NCBI GenBank assembly: GCA_038063915.1
Contig: JBBTUE010000001.1
Span: forward strand, 107,905 to 171,904
DNA length: 64,000 nt
From: Patescibacteria group bacterium
GTDB lineage: Bacteria; Patescibacteriota; Minisyncoccia; Phycocordibacterales; UBA9973
Direction: 5' to 3'
The position numbers were made by a program, and so were the translations under genes. The notes below the pieces were generated by a model. That model was not told the DNA's origin, did not search any database, and saw nothing but the letters and a program-made list of their open reading frames with translations. Each line of letters starts with the position of its first letter. Positions within the stretch are counted from its first letter, which is position 1. Positions 54,890 through 63,683 of this stretch are shown in pieces.

Positions 54890-54919
54890 AAAAAGGTGCA
54901 TCTTACGATGCACCTTTTT
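54890..54919. terminator. Bidirectional terminator
   Basis: AAAAAGGTGCATC-TTAC-GATGCACCTTTTT. Confidence 0.8.
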
Positions 54920-55990
54920 CTATTCCCCCGCACTAGTAACTTGAATTTCATCAAAGCGCCCACGCACTTCTTTTAGAATTTCATCAGAGAGCTTTTTGTT
55001 ATCACGGAGATATGTCCTTGCCGCATCATATCCTCGGCCGAGCTTTATTTCTTCCACTGCTCCCTTCTCTTGAGCCTTCTTGCTACCCAGATACGAGAAT
55101 ATTGCACCACTTGTTTTTGATATAATTCCGAGCTTCTCACCGAGTGCCATGATTTCACCTTCGCGCGAAATACCTTCTCCGTAGAGAATATCAAATTCTG
55201 TTTGTTTAAATGGCGCTGCGACTTTGTTCTTCACGACTTTCACACGAGTGCGTGAACCCACCACTTCCTCACCCTTTTTAATCTGAGCGATACGGCGGAT
55301 ATCTAAACGGATAGATGTATAGAATTTCAGCGCCTTTCCCCCTGGAGTCGTCTCTGGATTGCCGAACATAATACCGATTTGCATACGAATCTGATTTATG
55401 AATATGACTACAGTCTTTGATCGAGCGACTATGGCAGTTAGTTTGCGGAGTGCTTGTGACATCAGGCGAGCTTGCTTGCCCACATGTGATTGACCCATGT
55501 CTCCCTCTATCTCATCGCGGGGAGTAAGTGCGGCCACTGAATCTATGACTATCACATCAATTTTTCCAGAGCGAATAAGACTCTCAGTAATTTCGAGTGC
55601 CTGCTCACCATTATCTGGCTGGGATATTAGGAGGTCTTTGATATTTACCCCGAGCTTCTTTGTATACTCTGGGTCCATAGCATGCTCGGCATCTATATAT
55701 GCGCATACTCCACCTTTCTTCTGAGCTTCAGCTACGATATGTAGAGCAAGCGTAGTCTTACCAGATGATTCTGGTCCAAATATTTCTATCATACGTCCAC
55801 GTGGCACACCACCAATACCGAGCGCCATATCAAGGCCGATAGATCCAGTAGGGATGACATCTATGTCGACTTTCGGAGAGTCGCCCAATTTCATTATCGA
55901 GCCTTCGCCGAACTTAGTCTGAATTGATTTGATTGTATCTTCTATAGCTCCACCTATTTCCTTTGGTTCTTTTTTTGCTTTTTTTTGCAT
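54920..55990 (-). CDS. recA: Recombinase RecA
   Basis: [50 protein letters not shown]. Confidence 0.98.
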   Translation of the reverse strand: MQKKAKKEPKEIGGAIEDTIKSIQTKFGEGSIMKLGDSPKVDIDVIPTGSIGLDMALGIGGVPRGRMIEIFGPESSGKTTLALHIVAEAQKKGGVCAYIDAEHAMDPEYTKKLGVNIKDLLISQPDNGEQALEITESLIRSGKIDVIVIDSVAALTPRDEIEGDMGQSHVGKQARLMSQALRKLTAIVARSKTVVIFINQIRMQIGIMFGNPETTPGGKALKFYTSIRLDIRRIAQIKKGEEVVGSRTRVKVVKNKVAAPFKQTEFDILYGEGISREGEIMALGEKLGIISKTSGAIFSYLGSKKAQEKGAVEEIKLGRGYDAARTYLRDNKKLSDEILKEVRGRFDEIQVTSAGE

Positions 55991-55998
55991 ATCCTATA

Positions 55999-56027
55999 AT
56001 TATAAGTGAACGCTCGTTCACAGTCAA
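55999..56027 (-). promoter_or_regulatory. recA promoter TTGACT-N17-TATAAT with a palindromic GAAC-N4-GTTC (LexA-like) box in the spacer
   Basis: Minus strand reads TTGACT GTGAACGAGCGTTCACT TATAAT; palindrome at 56006-56021. Confidence 0.75.
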
Positions 56028-56044
56028 GAAATACCTGTTGATAA

Positions 56045-56443
56045 CTAATTAGTATTGATAATTTTACCCCCAACTGCGACTGCCCCAGTAGATTCTTCAT
56101 ATATTACTTCGAGGGTTTTCTCTCTCGTATTTCCAAATTTATCCTTTGCATCCAAAGTCAGCACAGAGAGTCCAGGAAGAAGAGCTACGTGTTCGCTATA
56201 TGTTCCATCCTTATCGATAAATATTTCTCTACCATTTAAAGACAGGTAAATAGCATTTTTGGCGTTACCAGTAACTTTTACAAGTGGGGAATTACTATTT
56301 TTATTGATGCTAGCACTAATCTGTACCCCCTTGATGAGGAATCCCATTTTCATATAAGCAAAAGTTCCAATAAAAACAAACAGGACACCACAAGATATCA
56401 CCCTAACCCACCATTTTATATTTTTATTCTTATTGAATCGCAT
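56045..56443 (-). CDS. Small membrane-anchored Ig-like domain protein
   Basis: N-terminal TM, VTGNAKNA..LSLNGREI.IDKDG.YSE.V.LLPG...L.AKDKFGN. Confidence 0.7.
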   Translation of the reverse strand: MRFNKNKNIKWWVRVISCGVLFVFIGTFAYMKMGFLIKGVQISASINKNSNSPLVKVTGNAKNAIYLSLNGREIFIDKDGTYSEHVALLPGLSVLTLDAKDKFGNTREKTLEVIYEESTGAVAVGGKIINTN

Positions 56444-56444
56444 T

Positions 56445-58667
56445 TTATAAATTATTTAAATCTTTTGAATTATCCATACCTCCTGACATCCCAGTTGGTC
56501 GAGCTTCCAATACATCACGAGGCTTTGCCCCATTACCCGCACCGATAACTCCTCGCTCCTCTAGCATGTCTATGAGCTTAGCCGCTCTTGCATATCCGAC
56601 TCCGAGTTTTCTTTGCAAGTAAGATGTTGAAGCCTTACCAGCTTCAATGACAGTGAGCCTTGCATCCTCATAAAGATCGTCATCCTCACTACCTTCCAAA
56701 CTATCAGAGAATAATCCACCACCATTCTTTTCAATTGAGCCCGAGAGTTCGATAGTATCAGGCAGTTCATCTATATAAGCCTTCTTCAGATATTCTACCA
56801 CCTTTTTGACTTCGTCCTCAGAGATAAAGGCACTCTGGAGTCTCTCGGGCTGGGACATCTCGCCTGAGGCGTAGAGCATGTCTCCCGCGCCTAGGAGCTT
56901 CTCGGCTCCACCAGCGTCCAGTATTGTTCTTGAATCTATCTGTGAAGAAACTTGAAGGGCGATTCGAGTCGGAACATTTGCTTTAATGAGTCCAGTGATG
57001 ACATTTACAGAAGGTCGCTGAGTTGAGAGGATAAGATGTATACCGACAGCACGAGACATCTGGGCTAGACGCACGATTGCGCTCTCAAGTTCTCTTGGAT
57101 AAGCGTGCATAATATCTGCCAATTCATCAATAATAATGACTATATAAGGCATACGCTCTGCCTCCCCATCTTTTTTGGTCTTATTATAAACGTTCGCATG
57201 ATAAGACTCTATGTCACGAACCGATTCTGTTTCAAGTATATCATATCTACGGTCCATTTCTTTTGCCGCCCATTTTAGCGAGAGGATAGTTTTCTTTGGA
57301 TCAGTGATGACCGGAGTCAGTAAGTGGGGGATTTTATTATAAAGAGTAAGTTCTACGCGCTTCGGGTCCACCATTATGAGTCTCAAATCTTCCGGCCCGT
57401 TTCGATATAGAAGTGATGTTATGATCGAGTGTATTGTTACAGATTTACCAGAACCTGTCGTACCAGCTACGAGTACGTGGGGCATCTTTGCCAAGTTACC
57501 AAATATTGCTTTACCAGAGAGTCCTCTTCCGAGCGCGATAGTCAGAGGCTTTGGAGAATTTTGGAATTTATCATCCGAGAGGAGTGTTGCCAGTCCGACT
57601 GTCGATTTTACTTTATTTGGTATCTCTATTCCGACTAGGGATTTACCTGGGATAGGTGCTTCTATGCGTATTGGGTGGGCAGCGAGTGCTAGCGACAAAT
57701 CATTTTGAAGTCCAACTATACGCGATAGCTTTACTCCTTGGGCAGGTTTCAGTGCATAACGAGTGACAGTCGGACCGATAGTTACTTCATCCATCTCGAC
57801 TGATATTCCGAAATTTAAAAGTGTCCGCTGAATAATATTCATATTACCTTTCAAATCTCCGACATTTGGTTTACCCTTATCTTTCTCCAGAAGTACAAGT
57901 GGGGGAGGGACATAGGCCGTGTGGAATTTCTTCTTGGTTTTAAATATTTCCTCTTCCTCTTCGATCGGGTTCTCATCATAAGCTAGAGATTCTTCACTTT
58001 CATTCACATCCTCTGCAGATTCTGGTAGTGGTAGAGGTTCGTTCAGATCTAGATCGGAGTCTAGATTTTCCGAATTGAATTTTGGCATTTTTATATCTTG
58101 CCCAAAGAAACGAAGAATTCTCTTCCAGATTGTCATAAGATTTGGTCTCTCATCGAGCAGTATGATCAGAGATATTATTAAAAGTGTTCCGAGTAATAGT
58201 ATGCCAGCATAAATTCCAAAAAGTTTTACAAATGGCCACGCGACTATACTTCCTAAATATCCACCCAAAACTATACTCGTCGATGTACCGGCACCATTGC
58301 TTGCTATGTCCATGATTGCGAGCGTTGAGAGTAATACACAAATAGATGTAATGGCGTGAAGTTTTGCTACTTGAGGTTTGCCTCTTCGCATAAATGATAT
58401 TCCAAGTATGACGAGAAGTATTGGTATAAGATAATATCCAAATCCAAAGAATGCGCTAAATACGCTAAAGAAAAAATTACCTGCCACTCCGGCAAGTTTA
58501 AATGTGGATAACAATATAAAGAGTCCTAGCACGAGTAGGGCAATACCCCAGACACTATGTCTAGTCTCATCCTTTAGCTCAACTTTAGTTCGTTTATTTT
58601 TCTTCCCCTTACTCCTTCTGGCTATGGGTTCGTCTTCCTCTTCATCGTCAATATCTTTTTTTGCCAT
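56445..58667 (-). CDS. ftsK: DNA translocase FtsK/SpoIIIE
   Basis: N-terminal TMs, RIEAPIPGK, HVLVAGTTGSGKS, IDELADIM, TQRPSV, gamma domain STSYLQRKLGVGYARAA. Confidence 0.97.
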   Translation of the reverse strand: MAKKDIDDEEEDEPIARRSKGKKNKRTKVELKDETRHSVWGIALLVLGLFILLSTFKLAGVAGNFFFSVFSAFFGFGYYLIPILLVILGISFMRRGKPQVAKLHAITSICVLLSTLAIMDIASNGAGTSTSIVLGGYLGSIVAWPFVKLFGIYAGILLLGTLLIISLIILLDERPNLMTIWKRILRFFGQDIKMPKFNSENLDSDLDLNEPLPLPESAEDVNESEESLAYDENPIEEEEEIFKTKKKFHTAYVPPPLVLLEKDKGKPNVGDLKGNMNIIQRTLLNFGISVEMDEVTIGPTVTRYALKPAQGVKLSRIVGLQNDLSLALAAHPIRIEAPIPGKSLVGIEIPNKVKSTVGLATLLSDDKFQNSPKPLTIALGRGLSGKAIFGNLAKMPHVLVAGTTGSGKSVTIHSIITSLLYRNGPEDLRLIMVDPKRVELTLYNKIPHLLTPVITDPKKTILSLKWAAKEMDRRYDILETESVRDIESYHANVYNKTKKDGEAERMPYIVIIIDELADIMHAYPRELESAIVRLAQMSRAVGIHLILSTQRPSVNVITGLIKANVPTRIALQVSSQIDSRTILDAGGAEKLLGAGDMLYASGEMSQPERLQSAFISEDEVKKVVEYLKKAYIDELPDTIELSGSIEKNGGGLFSDSLEGSEDDDLYEDARLTVIEAGKASTSYLQRKLGVGYARAAKLIDMLEERGVIGAGNGAKPRDVLEARPTGMSGGMDNSKDLNNL

Positions 58668-58719
58668 AATATTCCTACATTATATCATAAACATTTGCAT
58701 AACATTTATATGGGTGTAT

Positions 58720-59492
58720 AATGGACAAATTCAAATATAAAACTAATCCGTCCCTGACGGAAAAGACACATGAATTATCAAAAAGACACATCAAAAAAGG
58801 ATCAAGATTCATATGGACAGACAAATGGTCCACAGGTTAATTCTTTGGTAAATAAGCCTCTTTATGGGTATGTCAATAAAAAGACAGAAAAGCTAGTTAC
58901 GGCACTCTATATGGTTACAGATTGTATGGATACCGACGAGGCTCTTAAAATTAAGATCCGCTTGTTAGGGGTAGAGCTCCTGTCCGATATGTATAAACTA
59001 CCCAATCTCTCGCCTGTGGATAAGCACAATCACATATCTCTGACCCTATCCCACATCAACGAGGTTTTATCGCTCATAGAGATATCCTGCACTATTGGTT
59101 TTATCTCGGAGATGAACACTCAAATATTAAAAAGTGAGCTCGGATTATTAATTACAAAACTCGAAGATAACAAATCAAAAGACAATCATTTTGCCTTCAC
59201 CCTAGATGACAAAATGTTTGATCTACCCGCTGGCGAGACGGATGTCCGTTTGCAGTCCAATAGCCTTATAAAGGACAAAAGGACAAGTTATAGCATGTCT
59301 TTTAATAAAGTGAATTCATCTTTGTCTTTAACAAAAGGAGTTAATGTAAATAAATATAATCCTATTAATAAACAAGAAAGAAAAGACAAAATATTAGCGC
59401 TTATAAAAGACAAGAAGGACCTACCTACCGGCGAGGCAGGTCTATCCATAAAAGACATTTCAACTGCTTTTACTGACTGTTCTGAAAAGACA
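58720..59492. repeat. Dispersed array of AAARGACA-like octamers upstream of and inside the wHTH gene
   Basis: Exact AAA(A/G)GACA at 58761, 58781, 58879, 59177, 59270, 59278, 59296 (rev), 59381, 59405, 59450, 59485; near-matches at 58720, 58812, 58981 (rev), 59243 (rev), 59323 (rev). Confidence 0.8.
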
Positions 59493-59579
59493 ATTCAACG
59501 CGAACTCAACCTACTTGTTTCCAAAGGTCAAATCAAGAAAACTGGCGCAAAGCGTTGGAGTCGCTATCAGGCTCTGTAA
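58770..59579 (+). CDS. Hypothetical DNA-binding protein: four-helix-bundle-like N-domain, linker, C-terminal winged HTH
   Basis: KTEKLVTALYMVTD...LSLIEI...GFIS helical domain; RKDKILALIK..SIKDIS....SEKTIQRELNLLVSKGQIKKTGAKRWSRY wHTH. Confidence 0.8.
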   Translation: MNYQKDTSKKDQDSYGQTNGPQVNSLVNKPLYGYVNKKTEKLVTALYMVTDCMDTDEALKIKIRLLGVELLSDMYKLPNLSPVDKHNHISLTLSHINEVLSLIEISCTIGFISEMNTQILKSELGLLITKLEDNKSKDNHFAFTLDDKMFDLPAGETDVRLQSNSLIKDKRTSYSMSFNKVNSSLSLTKGVNVNKYNPINKQERKDKILALIKDKKDLPTGEAGLSIKDISTAFTDCSEKTIQRELNLLVSKGQIKKTGAKRWSRYQAL

Positions 59580-59591
59580 TTAAAGGCTACA

Positions 59592-59672
59592 TGAGATTTG
59601 AAAGAAAAAAGTCCTCGGATCTCCTGTCCGGCTCACGCCTGGCAGGCCAGACATTTTTTCTTTCAAATCTCA
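59592..59672. repeat. Long hairpin element with perfect 19-bp arms
   Basis: TGAGATTTGAAAGAAAAAA ... TTTTTTCTTTCAAATCTCA enclosing CTGTCCGGCTCACGCCTGGCAGG. Confidence 0.75.
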
Positions 59673-59692
59673 CTCCGCCCCTGAAGCCCCAC

Positions 59693-59701
59693 TTATCCAC
59701 A
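59693..59701 (+). promoter_or_regulatory. Perfect DnaA-box sequence
   Basis: TTATCCACA in intergenic DNA; another perfect copy (TGTGGATAA) at 59015-59023. Confidence 0.4.
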
Positions 59702-59717
59702 TTTTAGGCCTTATTTG

Positions 59718-59747
59718 TTGCCTATTTATATACCTTTAGTATATAAT
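59718..59747 (+). promoter_or_regulatory. Putative sigma70 promoter of the surface-protein gene
   Basis: TTGCCT-N18-TATAAT. Confidence 0.55.
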
Positions 59748-59752
59748 GTTAT

Positions 59753-60299
59753 TGCGTGCTAGTACTGGTGTATATACACCAAATGTGCTAGTATTGCATT
59801 ATCCCTTATGTGTTGATTTATCAATACATTTTCGGGAGCGATCATTGAAAATTTAATACTATTACAGTCTAATACCAAGAAAGTAATAGCCCTATATTAT
59901 GTTTTGCTTTTTATCTATGTATTTTCATTCGTAACTAGTAATTCATAAATTAGTAATTGGATTTCAATCGGTCGCATCCACTTTTAGTTTTTCTTTTGAT
60001 AGAGGAGAATATTAGAAGTGTGCATCGGCCCTGTCGACAAGGCAGATAGCTTGTCCACTTCGCAAGAGGTGAGCAAGTATTCACTTAGTTAGTTATTTTT
60101 CAAATAGTTATTCACGCTGATAGAGGCGAGGCTAATTATTCGAAAGCAAATTTATTCATGGCATGTTTGCTGATAGAGGCAAACGATAGAGGTCATTAAT
60201 AAATAAAAAGATATGCACCCAATATTGGTTTCACCCTTTGTATTTATTTACAGACGGGTGAGTCGAAACTGATCTAATCGTGCATATGATTTAAAAATT
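59753..60299 (+). ncRNA. Long structured 5' leader / candidate ncRNA with repeated GAUAGAG loops
   Basis: Numerous stems (e.g. GTTTGC-TGATAGAG-GCAAAC, CACTTC-GCAA-GAGGTG, ATATGCAC...GTGCATAT); GATAGAGG four times; no ORF called. Confidence 0.6.
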
Positions 60300-63200
60300 A
60301 TGTTAAAAATTAATTCAAAAATAATCGCTGGTTTGTTCGTAGCAGTTCTCTTGTTTGTCGGTGCAGTTTCTGCATCTGCAGCATGGATGCCTTCTACAGC
60401 AACTAAAATCATGAAAGGTTCGCCTAAAGCGGACGTTATGTGGTTACAGCAAACTTTGAATGCAACTGGTACAGTACCAGCGCTCGTTGAAGACGGCCTT
60501 TACGGCAAGAAGACAACAGCTGCAATCAAAGCTTTCCAAGTAGCACATCCTGCATCAGGAGCTGCTGATGGAATCGCTGGCAAGAAGACAATGGCTGCTC
60601 TTAATGCAGCAGGTGCAAACGGCGCTCCAGCAGGAAGCCTTTGTCCAAATGGAATGACATTAGCAAGCAACTGTACAGTTGCTCCTAATGGAAATCCAGG
60701 TCCTACTCAGACTGGTCCAGTGACAGCTATGCTCTCAATGGACAATCCTGCAGCAGGTACAATAATTGTAGGTCAAGCTGGTGCTGATTTAGCACACATC
60801 ACATTCTCAGGAAGTGGTACAGTTTCATCTATAACACTTACTCGTGGTGGTGTATCTAACTCAAGTACACTTTCAAATGTTTATCTATATGATGGCGCAA
60901 CTCGCGTTACAGACGGATACTCATTCAACAATACAGGTTCACTTACAATGAACAATGTTAACCTTATGGTGAATGGTTCAAAAACTATTTCTATAAAGGC
61001 TGATGTTGCTGTCGCTGATTACAGTGTTTCTGTTACTCTTACATCATTCACAACTGGTGGCGTAGCCACTGTTGTAAGTATAAAGGGTAATGAAATGTTC
61101 ATCGCTAGTGGCACAGGTCTTCTTGGAACAGCAAATCTAGCAACAGCAACACCATCACCTGTAGCAACATCAATCAATGCTGGCTCAATGAACCAGACTC
61201 TCTGGTCAAACAGTATCAACATTGGTTTACATGCTTCAAAGTTACACGGTATGACTGTTAAACAAATTGGTTCTGCTCCTGCAAATGCACTTGCAAACGT
61301 TGCATTGTATGTTGACGGAGTAAATACAGGAACAGCTATGATTAATGCAAACATGCAGTTTGTATTTGATCTAGCTACACCATTGTCACTAACTACTGGC
61401 GCTCATTTCTTTGAGGTCCGTGGTGATGTAATAGGTGGTGCATTCAGAAACTTCTACATATCACTTGAAAAAGCTGCTGATCTTTCAATCAAAGACGGTC
61501 AGGTTCAAGGTGGTGGTGTAGTTTCTATTGCTCCAACATACTTAGCAGGTACACTTAACAATGTAAATGGTGGTTTGGTTACTATCAACAACGGTACTCT
61601 TACTATCACTCAAGACCCAGCATTTAGTAACACAACTACTCTTGTAGGTGGTGCTACTACTACAAAGCTTGCGGCTTGGAAATTTACAGCGTACGGTGAA
61701 GATGTAAAGGTAAACAGTCTAGCATTTATGCCTACATTCACAGCACTTTCAGCTGGTACTACTCTTCAAAATGTAGGATTGTATGTAAATGGCGGTCAAG
61801 TTGGTTCAAACGCTACTGCTACAACAGCAGTATCTCTTCCATTCACTAACCTTGGTTCAAACCTTACAGTGTACGTAGGTACACCTGCTGTCGTTGAACT
61901 TCGTGGTGATGTAGTAAGTAACTCTCCTGCGGGAACAGCACTTACTTCAGGAACAACCAAGTTTGATCTATCAGTTGGCTCAAGCAATGCGCAAGGTCTA
62001 AGTTCAAGTCAATTGACTTCGACTGCTGCTGCTGGAGGCCAGACGCTTACAATTGGTAACAACGTAACATTCGGTGCAACAGCTGGATTCTCTACTTCAA
62101 CAAAGGCTCCAAACACAGCTGGTGTAAAGATTGGTTCATTCTCACTTTCTGCTGGTTCTGCTGAAGGTCTTACAGTAAGTAATGTTTCTGTAACACTTCC
62201 TGCGGGCGCTGGAAACACAATGCAACCTGCAAGTCAACTCACAAACCTAACGGTTAAAGTTGCTGGTAATGTTATTGGTACTCCAATTGGTAACCCAGTT
62301 ATCACGACTTCAAACAGTTACTCTTCCAACCTAGCGGTTGCTCAGGGTACAGCTGCAGTATTTGAGGTGTATGCGGACTTCGGTTCCGGTGCTGCTACTC
62401 TAACAGTAACTCCTTCAATGGCAGTTACATACCGTGGTGGTACTTCAAACCTTACAACTACATCTTCAACTGTTGCTGGTTCACAGACAACATCAAACGT
62501 TGCAACTATTGCAGCGGGTGGCGTTAAAGTAGACACAGGTTTGTCATTATCATCACGAAATATTGTTACAAGTAGTAATTTCCCAATCGCTACTTACAAC
62601 TTCAAAGTTAGTAACAGTGTAGCTGGCGCTGTGATCAAGGATGTTACATTTACATTCCCTGCAAACACAGTTACAACTATAACAATGAATGGTAAGACAC
62701 AAGGATCTATTAGCGGCACAACAGCAACTGTCTACAACGTAGGAGTTACTGTCCCTGCTACAACTGATGGTGTTAATGTACCTGTTACTGTTGGTCTCGT
62801 ATGTACTGGTACAGCAAATGGTTGTACAGCTAACTCTCCAGTTACTGTAAACCTTATTGCTTCTACTGTTACTTATAACGATGGTTCAGCAGTTCAGAGT
62901 ATTACTCCAACAGCTGGAGGCGCAGGATCAGGTTCTGGTGCTGCGACAGTAAGTCACTTCGTTTATGCCTCTGTTCCATCATTTGCTGTAGATTCTGTTC
63001 AAAAGACAGGTCTTATCATTGGTGCTGAAAACAAGGTAGGCGAAGTTACAATTTACGCTGATGCTGCAGGCCAGATAAAGGTAAATAACCTTGCCTTTAA
63101 CGTTGCAAGTACAGGTCTCAGTGCTATAACTACAACTGGTACAAGAATCGCAGATGGTAATACTACTGTCTCTGGTTCATCTGTATCTTCTGGTTGTAAC

Positions 63201-63464
63201 GTAGCTGCTGCTGCAAGTATCGGAGCTTGTGTCATGACATTTGGTACTTCACCAAGTGGATTCTCAATAGCGGCTGGTGGGTCAAAGACCTTCAGTCTCT
63301 ACATGACAATCGCTGCTACTGTAGCTGCAAACACTTTGATCTCAGTATCTTCAAGTGTAACTCCAGGAACAACTACATGGGATGATCCAATAGGTGGTGG
63401 TACTGCTCAGGCAGCAACCAACGTCTACAACTTCCCAACTGCTTCTTACTCAATCCGTCAGTAA
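60300..63464 (+). CDS. Large secreted surface (S-layer-like) protein with N-terminal peptidoglycan-binding domain
   Basis: Signal peptide (VSASA|A), PG-binding_1 motif DVMWLQQTLN..DGLYGKKTTAAIKAFQ..ADGIAGKKT, T/S/G/A/V-rich beta repeats. Confidence 0.82.
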   Translation: MLKINSKIIAGLFVAVLLFVGAVSASAAWMPSTATKIMKGSPKADVMWLQQTLNATGTVPALVEDGLYGKKTTAAIKAFQVAHPASGAADGIAGKKTMAALNAAGANGAPAGSLCPNGMTLASNCTVAPNGNPGPTQTGPVTAMLSMDNPAAGTIIVGQAGADLAHITFSGSGTVSSITLTRGGVSNSSTLSNVYLYDGATRVTDGYSFNNTGSLTMNNVNLMVNGSKTISIKADVAVADYSVSVTLTSFTTGGVATVVSIKGNEMFIASGTGLLGTANLATATPSPVATSINAGSMNQTLWSNSINIGLHASKLHGMTVKQIGSAPANALANVALYVDGVNTGTAMINANMQFVFDLATPLSLTTGAHFFEVRGDVIGGAFRNFYISLEKAADLSIKDGQVQGGGVVSIAPTYLAGTLNNVNGGLVTINNGTLTITQDPAFSNTTTLVGGATTTKLAAWKFTAYGEDVKVNSLAFMPTFTALSAGTTLQNVGLYVNGGQVGSNATATTAVSLPFTNLGSNLTVYVGTPAVVELRGDVVSNSPAGTALTSGTTKFDLSVGSSNAQGLSSSQLTSTAAAGGQTLTIGNNVTFGATAGFSTSTKAPNTAGVKIGSFSLSAGSAEGLTVSNVSVTLPAGAGNTMQPASQLTNLTVKVAGNVIGTPIGNPVITTSNSYSSNLAVAQGTAAVFEVYADFGSGAATLTVTPSMAVTYRGGTSNLTTTSSTVAGSQTTSNVATIAAGGVKVDTGLSLSSRNIVTSSNFPIATYNFKVSNSVAGAVIKDVTFTFPANTVTTITMNGKTQGSISGTTATVYNVGVTVPATTDGVNVPVTVGLVCTGTANGCTANSPVTVNLIASTVTYNDGSAVQSITPTAGGAGSGSGAATVSHFVYASVPSFAVDSVQKTGLIIGAENKVGEVTIYADAAGQIKVNNLAFNVASTGLSAITTTGTRIADGNTTVSGSSVSSGCNVAAAASIGACVMTFGTSPSGFSIAAGGSKTFSLYMTIAATVAANTLISVSSSVTPGTTTWDDPIGGGTAQAATNVYNFPTASYSIRQ

Positions 63465-63532
63465 TCATTTGATTACTTAGGTTAGTAAGTCTAGGTAGAG
63501 TTCTAGGTGGTTTGTCAGAACTTTAAACTGTC

Positions 63533-63562
63533 ACAAAAAATCCCCGAAAGGGGATTTTTTGT
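63533..63562 (+). terminator. Intrinsic terminator
   Basis: ACAAAAAATCCCC-GAAA-GGGGATTTTTTGT. Confidence 0.85.
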
Positions 63563-63683
63563 TGTCTGACTATAAACTTTGCAATAAAATACGCCCGAGG
63601 TCGTCATCATGGTAGTAGTAAATATCACATCTAATAGTGCTACAATATATAATTATAAGTTAATAGATGATGTATTAATTTTT

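Noticed and set aside
58720-59492. CRISPR array or simple tandem repeat
   Set aside because: Units are 8 bp, irregularly spaced, on both strands and within a CDS; no repeat-spacer periodicity and no cas genes
59580-60299. Firm oriC call, or tmRNA/RNase P/group I intron identity
   Set aside because: Only one intergenic perfect DnaA box, no dnaA/dnaN nearby, skew not computable by eye; no tRNA-like ends or RNase P/intron core motifs recognised
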